From positions 372,001-436,000 of the forward strand of contig JALMLS010000344.1 of assembly GCA_038496445.1 (NCBI GenBank): a stretch of DNA of 64,000 bases, in the 5' to 3' direction. The notes under the pieces were generated by a model. That model had not been told where the DNA came from. It saw nothing but the letters and a program-made list of their open reading frames with translations, and did no database searches. This DNA comes from Trichosphaerium sp. ATCC 40318 (lineage: Eukaryota; Protista; Tubulinea). The position numbers and the translations under genes were made by a program. Positions 49,701-60,363 of the stretch are shown piece after piece (the first letter of the stretch is position 1; each line of letters starts with the position of its first letter).

Positions 49701-51123
49701 GTCGAACAAATTTTGAATGATGCCATAAAACGGAATAGCACTGAGACAGATGAGCTTTCTAATCTCTTGCGTACAACACGTAGTACAAGTGAGATGGTAG
49801 AGGTACAATATTGTTTCATATTGTAGCGCCTTAATTCTGTACTAGGTGAAGCCACTTGAAAAAAAAAACATTGGCGTGGGCACAACTGACATGAACCTTC
49901 AACTAAGATTACGCCTCGATTTTTTTGTTGATGACTATGAGGAATTTATTACTTACTTTAGTACACATATGTTGTACTATGGTGCCCCTCCAGAAAGTGA
50001 AACGTACGTGTAGAAAAAATATCCTGCAAACCTATTGTTTGCTTAAAGATTATTTTAGATTGGTTCATGTTCTCATGACAAATGTGAATGTGTATATATT
50101 ACAAAAGGATAAAGGGTACACTTGTAGTGGTTTTAATGCTTTGTTAACGTTATCATAGCGGTTTATTTTCAAAAGGTGGTCGAACAAACAGTACGAAAGT
50201 TTTTTTTTCAACAAAAAAATATCAACTGCAACTTACTGTTTTCTTCTTAGCACCCCTTCGCCAAATCCTATTTTTCCCACTAAAAGATATTAAACAAATT
50301 GTTTATGGACTATTTTTTCAATGGTTTCGAGTAGAGATCGATAGAAAGCGAGCTTATATTTTTACATCACGATCTAGTGAAAAAACAATACATTTTATAG
50401 AAAAGGTCAAGACCTGCAAGCCATTCACACGTACACTGGATTTATTAAAGGCATCAGCTCATTTCTTTAGGGTCATTGAATAGGAACCGAGACACTGTAT
50501 CAAATATTGGTGACTTGATCTCAAACTCCGTTAGACCTTGGATTGAAATGTCAATCCATGTCTTTCAATGCACAGAGAAATCATCCTATAAATTTCAGAT
50601 CCACAACAAAGGTAGTACATAGATAAGTCATAATATTAACACCATTAGTATCATCGGTTGTACCAAGAACTTTGATCCTCACGCGAAACACAGTTGTATG
50701 CCACATTTGAAAATTATAAACCAATACTTGACAGCCTGACATTTCTAGCTTTTACTCTCTGAAGACTACACTAAATGGCCGCCACTTTGTTTCCCGTCGT
50801 CTACAAAACCTTCAACACCACAATTTCGTCTAATGGGCAAACAAGAAATCAAACATGTTGCCAAACTAGTGCGTGACCTTATTCAAACAAAAAAAAACCT
50901 TTATCAAAATGAAGAGTTCTTACAATAAAAATAGGAAAGACGAAGGGATGTTCCTCTTGCATTTGCCATTGAATTCGATGGCGCAAGCGACGGCGCAGCG
51001 GAAGCATCAGAAACATGGCATTTTGTAGCTGCTGAGGAGCTCGAGTATGAAAAATTTGTTGGGAAGCTTGGAAAGATCTGGGAGTCATTGTTCGGCGTCC
51101 CACTTGAACATAACGTAAAATAA
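46791..51123 (+). CDS. STK11-interacting protein/nischarin-like protein: LRRs, NPF-rich linker, C-terminal PH-like domains
   Basis: LRRs (ALDLGHNKLTSLENL, LDVRDNQIS...LRIIGNPI), an NPF repeat region and a C-terminal ...FVGKLGKIWESLFGVPL* like the nischarin/STK11IP end. Apparent frameshift near 47760. Confidence 0.7.
48436..48645 (+). repeat. Coding NPF-motif repeats (EPANPFGDE x3 plus further NPF-acidic units)
   Basis: 27-nt tandem units GAACCAGC(C/A)AA(T/C)CC(A/C)TTTGGTGATGAA; six NPF motifs here and a seventh near 49000. Confidence 0.8.
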
Positions 51124-51293
51124 ATACATAAAAAGGTTTTTTTGCTGAAAATTAAGCGCACAGCGATCAACATTAAGGAAGATTGTGCTACATATTCCAT
51201 TTCGTTGTTTGTTTACAACCTATCCGCATGGGGTAGTAATTTGACAGTGTCTTTAAAGTAAATCGTAATTTCTTGAATGTACGAATAGTAATT

Positions 51294-54200
51294 ATGAATA
51301 CAACCGCCCCAACACCCTTCCCGAACAATATTTCACCACATGAACAACGCATTGTGGAAGCCTTGACACTCACTTCTGCTGCCTTGACAATTACCGGTAG
51401 TTGCTTTGCGCTAACAGGGTGTACGATATAATACTAAATTGACAATAAATAACGCGACTAGTGTTTTACAAACAACTTCGCCACGCATTTGGACCCGTTT
51501 TAATAATGATTATGATCTTCACAGGTATGTAAAGCGCTCTATCACTTGTAAACATGGGTTCTAAAAAAAAAAATCGATAGATTTATTGGCAGCTGTTGGT
51601 CATTACATTGATTTAATATTTGGCTTATGTACACTTGGAGCTGTCACTATGCAGGTAAGACGTTCATCCTTATCAATACTTACTTCTTATCTGACACTTG
51701 TTAGTTCTTTTATTTATCCTCTATGGTTAGCACATAACTAGCGTTAATTACAATTTTATTGACTCTTTCGATTAGCTTTGGACAGTTTGCTACACGCATT
51801 ATGTTTTTGGTATGCGTTATCTTTTTGTTTATCACGTGATGTCTTATTATTATCCAGAAACTTTTGTACGCAAGAGTAGAGTCATGATGCTCACAAATTG
51901 GCCGTATCTTCTTCTTTATTCGTACACAAGTTATCGTTTCTTTCGCACAATGCTAAAATGCTAAAACCGTAGAATAATTTCGTTTGGCTTACCCACTGTG
52001 ACCGTGATTGTTGGGCTAGCTCAAGGCATATTTGGTCCAACTGTACCTTGGTGTATGTTAATGATTTAACCTGTTTTAAAAAATGTACTTACGTGTGTTA
52101 CAGGTTGGATTAAATACGAATTTGAGGTGCGATGAATCACGTGATAAAATTTCCTAACTTTAGATTTCGAAGATTTACAGATTATTACTTTTCTATTGTA
52201 CGTACTACTATTTCACTACCACCTATTCACTCACACTTAGTGCCTTATGTAATATTGTTTGTTATTGTTATTATTTTTTACATCCTGGTTCTACGGTACA
52301 CAAGCACCGTGTTTATTGTATGTTGAATATTCCTCTAGGAAAGTACTGAGCGCAAACAGTGCTGTTGTTGGCAAGAAGAAATACCACGCCAACTTTAAAG
52401 GTTAAATCCACTATGTCTGAGTGTTGCTAACATAAAATCATTATAGTCGCCCAAGCAGTTACAATAACGTTCTTGCTTCTCAGGTTCCCTGGACTCGTTG
52501 ATCGACTAGACGAATTTTTCTTCAAACGTAAGTAATCATAAAGGTAGTCTATGGAATAACAATGTTTAGAAAACGATACTTTCGTATTGACTGTATTACA
52601 CGCTAGTTTATCTCCTCTCAGAGGCTTTGTAAATAGTATTATTTTCTTGTGGGTACGCAAGAAAGAACAAAACTCTCATTTAAGTGTATGACATTTCAAT
52701 TAGATAACAAGACGATTGTATTTTGTTAACTTTGGCTGTATACAGAGACCTGATACCGTGTATCCAAGTGGAGATACGCTGACACGATCACTCATCACAA
52801 ATGATGTCATAGCCGAAGACGCATCTTTATTTGAGGAGCCTACATCTAAAGGTAAGCGTTACACTGGGCAAACATGCCCAAAATCTCTGTGTGATATTTA
52901 TTTTGTATAGGTACCAATTCGCAGTATTCAAGCATACCAGGTGGTTTCGCTGTGAAAAAGAGTAGACCTAGTGTTTTACCCACAACGAAGAGAGAGTGAG
53001 TTTGTTTGGTAATGTTGCATCTAATATGAGGTAGTAAACCTATCATTCTCGAAACTGGGGCACTTCGAGATGACAGACGCGCTGGCGATAAGTATAGTCT
53101 GTTTATTGGTACACAAACTAAGAAGTCAGTTAGCTATTAACACTCTTTCTAGGCACATGGAACATGGCATGTTTGATTTATATTTGTGTTGTTAATGTGT
53201 TAATTACAGGGCGCCGCTGCACCAGCTGATTTGACAAAATACTTCTCTCCGAAAGGTCAAGCATTTGACTTATATGTATTCGGATTGCAAGAATGTGTAT
53301 ACAAGCCTAGAGACGATTACAAATCAATAGAGGAGGACTTGTTAGAGTCCATTAGAGAGTCTCTTCCTGGTTCATACCATACTGTTTGTAGCCAAAGTAG
53401 TAAGTACTTAGTTGCATCAACCCATTTTAACAGCTGAATTTAGTGTGGCAATTACGCTTGGTGGTCTTAGTAAAGTATGAGTTGAGGGACTTGGTTCGTA
53501 AGTGCTGAAAAAACATATTTTCGGTGAAGCTTATTGCTCTTAGATCACGTGACGATTGGAAAGGAATCAACTGGTCTTGGTAATGTTGTGGTACGGTAAT
53601 TTATAGCACAAATGAGCATAACTTGTTGTATAGCCTAACAAAGGAGCACTCGGATTCACAATGTGGCTTGAAAATGTACAGTGGATTTTTTATCATAACT
53701 ACTCACTTTAACCCCTTAGACATCGTTTTGTTTCTTGAATACTCATCTTGCTGCACATGAATGCAATGTAACTCGTAGAAACAAAGACGCTTTAACAATC
53801 ATTAACGGTTTGAAGTGGACAAGGAAAAACAAAGAAAGGTAGTCATGATGAAAACCTTGTATTAGTATTTAATCAATTCACAAGAAACAAGCACCATGAC
53901 ATCCCGCTACGAGTTCCAAAAGGATTTCAGTTGACGCAAAAATTTCATCACGTATTTTGGTATTCTTATGACCTTTATGTGATGTTATGTAAAGCTAACA
54001 CGTTCTAGGTTTGGTGATTTAAACTACAGAATAGATAAATTGTTTGAAGAAGTTACTGAACATATTTCAAATGAGATAAAGATTCGTAATGGTGATAAAC
54101 CTGACGGAGAAGGACTTGATGGTTTGAGAGAAGAAGATCAATTAAATAAGCAACGTAAACTCGGAAAGGTCTTCTTTGGATTTAAAGAGGGGGAAGTCAA

Positions 54201-55210
54201 TTTTATACCAACCTACAGATACGAGAGGTAATACCTTTAATCTTTTTTTTTGTTTGTTTATTATTTTGTTGAAACTTTTTTTTTAACTTGTTTGTAAGGA
54301 ATTGTCGTGAGTTTAGTAAAAAAGTAGTACATGGGAAAATACAATCACCGAGCTGGTGTGACAGAGTATTATTTAAATCATTGCGTAGCAAAGAACTACA
54401 ACTTGTAGAGTACGATGCATGTCACAATGTACGTAGCAGAAACATGGAAATATGTCGCTAGGTTTTTTCCGTAATCGTGTTGTTAGATAATGTCATCGGA
54501 TCACTCGCCTGTTTATGCTGTATTTAATATCGAAACGATACCTGCACTTATACCTCAACAATCAGAAAAGCAAGCGTATACACTTACAATCTCACAAATT
54601 AAATGCTCTTCTTTGGAAGCTGCCAAGATGATGCAAGATACCATGGAACGAAGGACAAAACTTGTAAGTTCAATATTTTTAACTTGTACATCTTTTTTTA
54701 GTTTCACTAAAACATGTTGCAGGAGCCTTACGTTATATTACATCCGACCTGGATGTCTAAAAAAGATAAAGTTGTGACGGTACGCACCACTTATTTACGC
54801 ATTTATCTAATGATTTCTTGTAGCACGTGCGTAAAGGTGATGTAGAGCCTACATATGAGGAAGAAGATATCGAACAGCTTAATGCCTTTAGTGTAAACAC
54901 CTTTCTTCAATCAAATTGTTAACAACTGTAGGCTGACATGGGAGTGTTACCTTGGCATTTCCTTTTTATAGAAGTTAGAGATAGGTCCCTTCATGGTCAA
55001 GTACGCTTTTAAGAAAAATATATCACGTGGTGTGATTAATTTGGGGTTTTTTAGAATGATGTTTTGGGTGAAGGATTCTTCTCTATCAGAAAGGCATGTA
55101 CAAATTTAGGACAAACAGTCAAGTTCAGAAGTGCTCTCACGCGTGTCGGTTTATGTAGTGGGTTTGTAGAAGGTCTAATTACCTTCAAAAAAGTAGGAAC
55201 TAGTATATAA
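51294..55210 (+). CDS. 7TM GPCR (cAR/Crl/GCR1-like) fused to inositol polyphosphate 5-phosphatase + C-terminal C2-like domain
   Basis: Seven hydrophobic segments with LCT.GA..MQFF, PWCWI and LRGFVNSIIF. An in-frame spliced linker leads to FIGTWNM, GLQE, NKGA, FLNTHLAAH, FWFGDLNYRI, PTYRY, PSWCDRVL and SSDHSPV. Stop at 55210. Confidence 0.85.
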
Positions 55211-55422
55211 ATAAAATAATTCTTTATGTAACAAACCGTTTGCTTGGTCAACATCATTTTTCGACTGGTCCTTCACTATGTAATATGTAGGTTTTGTTCA
55301 CCTCATGAAACAAAGGCCGCTTGATAGCCACGTAGATCTTTTTGAATGAACTTTTTACAAGGTTGTTATTCACATAACCATTTACAGTCAAACGGCAAAC
55401 TCACTCAACGTAAAAAGCAAAA

Positions 55423-57249
55423 ATGTTTAGCAGATTAGACAATTTCGGTTCGTTATAGAGCTATTAGATAGCTTGTACATCTAACTATAAACCAGACCCT
55501 TTAAAACAATTACCAAAGATGGTAGCAATAGCTGGCGCTGTTACCATAGGCACTGGAGTACTTTATTGTATTTACCAGTTCGCTTTTAGCTCCAGCACAA
55601 GGTACATCTCATTTCTTTCCGCAGGAGACAAATTTACTCGTAGTTTCATGGATAAAACATTGAAATGGGACCCATCAAGCATAAATGATCGAACAGTGCG
55701 TATTCGCTCTTTTTTCATGCCAAAGGCGATTTTTCATACGTCTTTAGGCAGGTCTCTTCCTCATGTGCGCTGTGGGTGATGCAAAAGGAATCCCTTTTGA
55801 AATGAAGACATACGAAGAAATACAAGCACACCCAGGAAGAAATAAGGTGCATATTATCAAATCCTTTGCAAAAAAACTTGCCTTTTTGTCTCTAACAAAA
55901 CAAGCTTTACGCCAAATGTACAGATCACCCGCTTATGCCTGTGGGCTATGGCCCTGGAAAGCAAACAGATGACACGCAGGTACGAAATGACATTTCAGGA
56001 ACCGCTTGTTTTTATTCTGTTAACACTAAGGCTAGCTTACATGCGCCATGGCACGTGCAATCATGAAGGTATTGAATAAACTTAAACAAAATAGAGTTCT
56101 GAAACCTAATGTATAGGCAAACTGTGTAAATATGGAGGTAATGGCTGAAGAACACATTAAGGAATGGCAAATTAGTGTCGCTGGTACGAATGACGCCACG
56201 TAGAGCGATCATGCTAACCATAAAAGGTTGGGGTGGTACCAAGAAGTCTATTGAGAAATTGAGCCGTGGTATAAGATGGTCAAAGACAGGGAGAGAGTCA
56301 GCGATAGGTACAATTTAAGTTCATTTTTGATGTCATTGCTCACTATTTTAGGAAATGGTGTCATGATGAAAATGTGTCCACTCGCCTTTTTTTATGCATT
56401 CTCTAAGAACTACAACAAAGAAGAACAACTGGAAGTACGTGGTTACTCTGATGAATTAGTCATTTGACATTTTTCATTAAAAGGAAATAAGCACTTTAAC
56501 TAAAATGACACATGGCAGCCCATCTACACTTGTAACAACAGCTTTATTTACAAAATTTGCAGGTACGTTTTTTCTTGTTCATTTTTTTTTGTGCTCTTCG
56601 CTTACTGATAAATCAGAATACCTTTACAGTCACCCCTCAACTTTGGACACCTCATCTGAGCGAAAGGATTTCTTGAAAAAAGTAATTGGACTCGCTGAGG
56701 AAATGGAGCAATTATATATTCCAAAAACACTGGAAGATGAAGAATGGGTACGTCACTAGTACCAAACATCTGCAAGCCAGCAAAAAAACTTATTCATTTC
56801 ATAGATTAGTAAAAGCCAGTATAATGATTACGACGAATATTTGAGGACAGTGAAGGCTGTTTCACCTCAATTAAAGCAACTTCTAGCTAATTTTTCAACA
56901 TTGACAGACCAGAAACTTATAAGTATCAGTAATGGCGGCGGTTTCTTTTGTGTGGATTCACTAGTGATGATTATCGGTCTCTTAATGCGCAAACCACCTA
57001 CATTTGAAGTTATACTAGATGCTGTATACATTGGTGGCGACACAGATTCTAATGCAGCCATGATAGGTAAGAACAAATGTTACTTCCTTTAATTTTGTTG
57101 TTTTTAACATTTAAAAAGGAGGAATTATTGGAGGTATGAAGGGTCTCAAAGGTTTGGAAGTACCAGAAGACAGGTATATAACCCAGTTGGTTGGCTGGCG
57201 CTCTTTACTTGATTTATCACAAAGATTTGCAAAACTATTTAATGCTTAA
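55423..57249 (+). CDS. ADP-ribosylglycohydrolase (ARH/DraG family) with N-terminal hydrophobic segment
   Basis: AVGDAKGIPFE, QTDDTQ, GNGVMMKMCP, MTHG and GGDTDSNAAMIGGIIG; N-terminal MVAIAGAVTIGTGVLYCIYQFAF. Confidence 0.88.
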
Positions 57250-57375
57250 ATAATACAGTGTTGTCTTGTATCGATCAACTAGTCACGTGTGAATAAACAT
57301 TTTGAATTGTAGCACGCCTGAAAATTGAGTAGTACTAAACCAAATGCGCCTGACAATTGTGCAATTCCACTTTAT

Positions 57376-57720
57376 TTACGCCGTCTTTTGTTTGTCGCCT
57401 TGCTGTATTTCTTCTTCTTCATCGCTGGAGGATTCGTCATCACTGATGCAATCAAGACAATAATACATAACAAGAGTTCCATCTATTTGACTTACTATGT
57501 TGCCACACTGTGACCCACTACAAAAACTCCATGATTTATAAGGCTCAACAGCGTTGTTAAAATGTAAAACACCTTTAACACGAGCAAAATTTGTATCTAT
57601 GTAATTAACTAAACCCCACGTCGTGTAGTCTCCACAACCGGCATAAACATAACTCGAATAGTTATCAATGACATCTGTACACTCGGCTTTACCACATAAA
57701 CTGCATTGGTTGTGTTCCAT
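57376..57720 (-). CDS. Small intronless Cys-rich hypothetical protein with acidic tail
   Basis: 114-aa ATG-started ORF with CSLC, CSGSQC and CLDC pairs and DDESSSDEEEE, lying in otherwise unused space between two genes. Confidence 0.5.
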   Translation of the reverse strand: MEHNQCSLCGKAECTDVIDNYSSYVYAGCGDYTTWGLVNYIDTNFARVKGVLHFNNAVEPYKSWSFCSGSQCGNIVSQIDGTLVMYYCLDCISDDESSSDEEEEIQQGDKQKTA

Positions 57721-57806
57721 AAACTGTCAATACGCCTGCGGTTCAACACACAGTATCAACAACAGAATTTAATTACTTTGACAGGAACGTTGAAAACTTT
57801 ATTGAT

Positions 57807-58604
57807 TTATTCATCTCCAACACCAGAATTAGACGACTTTTCCCCGTCGTATTTCGCCATTAGCATACCGATGGTGTCGCGCGCTACTTGAGTAGGTGTG
57901 CGCTTCGTTAAATGCGTGTTTTTGGCACGATAAGATTGGCGCCTAGCGGCGTTTTTAGTGAAATAATACTTCTGCAGAACAAAATTCAAGTAAAGGGCGC
58001 ACCTGCGCTTGTAGTCGCGTTGTTTTGCTCTCATCTCTAGCCACGACTTGTTGTCCGAGTTAGTGCCTAATTTGCCTGTCAGTGAAAAATTAAAAGAGCG
58101 AGCTGATGTATTACCCGCTTGAGCACTGCCCAATAGAATCTCAGGAACCTGATTTGCCTTGTTTTCTCTTGACAGAGACATTATAAAATCATACTCTTGT
58201 AGAACGGACCCAAAGCGCTTACCTACGCGTTTATTGAGTCAGTATACTATTCAGCTAAACCTGCTACCAGTACTTCGATGCTTCACCACACCGATAGCAT
58301 TCTCATAAAAGAAGTCGTGCGTTCTCACGGGGTTGCTTTTCTGTGGTAATAAGACAAAAGCAGCGTTTAAATTTATAATAAGTGCCTTTTTGGTCGGAAT
58401 GAAGGTTGTGGACGCGTCTAAGCTTAGTTTTGTGAACACTTGTTGTAGTTTTTCCTTATTGTCAGCTAGCCAATGTTCCATTAGTGTTTTCACTAATTAT
58501 TCCGTCATCATAACGTTTGTCCGGTCCGGCGATTTTAACAAGTAACACAAACCACAAAAGTTTAACTGGCTTTTTTTGATAAGTTTGATTTCGGCGTGTT
58601 CCAT
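57807..58604 (-). CDS. SNRNP48: U11/U12 snRNP 48 kDa protein homolog (minor spliceosome)
   Basis: Removing a 60-nt GT-AG intron (~57943-58002) gives SWLEMRAKQRDYKRRRQSYRAKNTHLTKRTPTQVARDTI, the conserved U11-48K motif (RDYKRRRQSYRAKN). Upstream exons contain the conserved FFYEN block. The start codon (58604 or 58481) is less certain. Confidence 0.8.
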
Positions 58605-58890
58605 TTTTAAACGCCTCAACTAGCCACGAATCACGCTCAAATAACACCGCACGCACGGGAAATGTGTGATGGCCGGTTGCATTTGCTCTACTAAGTAACT
58701 GATACTTCAAAAAAAGCAACTTTTTGTTTGTACAGTTCTGATTAGTCTTATCGGATTGAACAACAACCGCGTTCACATCACTTTTTACTTCGGGAGGTTT
58801 TAGGCTATCAAATCGGCTGCTAAGTTTAGACGAACGAAATTTAGTCAGTTTTTCGTTACAAAACCTAAATCACAACACAAGCATAACAAC

Positions 58891-59978
58891 ATGGACGAGA
58901 GAGAAGAAGCAGTTTACATGGCAAAATTGGCTGAACAAGTACGCTTCCTTTGCCGCTGTTTACCGCTTGCTGTTTTGCTTTGTTTTTGTTTTTTGCGATC
59001 TGTTTTAGTAGTGCACTGAACGCGGTTTGGTTCCGCTGGTACCTCGGCCACTCGCCCTGGTTCCTCCGGCGCTTTTGCTGTTTTCAACTACTGATTTACG
59101 GTTGTGGATCTTTTTTTACTTTACCTGCCTTTCCACGCTCCCACAAGCGCTCTCGTTTACCCTTGTACCTACTTACGCTGTTTAGGCTGAACGCTACCAA
59201 GAGATGGTTGATGCCATGAAAAAAGTCGCTCAACTCGGCACAGAATTGACTGTTGATGAGAGAAACCTCTTCTCAGTTGCTTACAAGAACGTTATCGGCG
59301 CTCGCCGTGCTGCTTGGAGAATCGTTTCTTCAATCGAACACAAAGAAGTCGAAAGGTACCAATCGCTTTCTACTTCTTTCGTAGCTTTTTTTAGCTTTTT
59401 TTTTTTTGGGTTGTTAGTGTTTCGTTTACTCACGCCGTTAAATTAGGAACGAAAACAACGCCAAAATCGCTAAGGTCAAAGAATACCGCGTCAAGATTGA
59501 GGAAGAACTCACCGAGATCTGCAACGACATCCTTAAAGTTTTGGATGCTCACCTCATTGAAAAAGCTGTATCTAGCGAGTCTAAAGTCTTTTACCTTAAG
59601 ATGAAGGGCGATTACTTGAGATACATGGCCGAGTTCAGCACAGGCGATACACGCCAAGAAGCTGCCAACAAAGCCCTCACCGCATACAAAGCCGCCATTG
59701 ACGTTGGTTCCAACGACATGCCACCTACAAACCCAATCCGCCTCGGTCTCGTTCTCAACTTCTCCGTTTTCTACTACGAAATCATGGACAACCAAGACGA
59801 AGCTTGCTCTTTGGCCAAAAAAGCTTTTGATGATGCCATCTCTGACTTGGACAAACTCAGCGACGACTCATACAAAGAGACCACACTTATCCTCCAATTG
59901 CTCAGAGAGAACTTGAGCTTGTGGACATCTAGCAAAGGCGAAGATGATGACAAAGAAGAAGATGAAGCTGATGAATAA
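58891..59978 (+). CDS. 14-3-3 protein (3 exons)
   Basis: [16 protein letters not shown]|[55 protein letters not shown] and [19 protein letters not shown]. Confidence 0.97.
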
Positions 59979-60363
59979 TTCTCCTTTTCTCATTAATTAA
60001 TTTTAAACAATGGCGGCGGCCTCAACAACACGTTCTGTAACTAATAATAATAGAACCAAGTGGTTTTTGAAAGCTATACCTGTCTGTTTTTTTTTTCTTT
60101 TGTTTTTGCTTCGCTTTGTTTTGGTCGTGCTGTTTTGTTACCTTGACGTTTTGTTGGAGACAATTCGCCAATTCTCTTTTTGCAATTCCTTCCTTTTATT
60201 TTATTGTTCCTCTTCTCGGCTGAATTCTGTTTATCTAGTAAAAAAGTAGAGTGTACACTGTTTTAGTAGTAGTTTACGGAGTTGTTGCAGTTAAGTTCCG
60301 TATTACAGCCTTTTTTGTGTTTTTGGTTTGATTTCGCGAGCTTCGGGTGTGGTTTTGACCAAC

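Noticed and set aside
17821-58604. Functional clustering of splicing genes (AQR, SNRNP48), or of MVP with the ADP-ribosylhydrolase
   Set aside because: They are separated by 30-35 kb and many unrelated genes; no evidence of a cluster.
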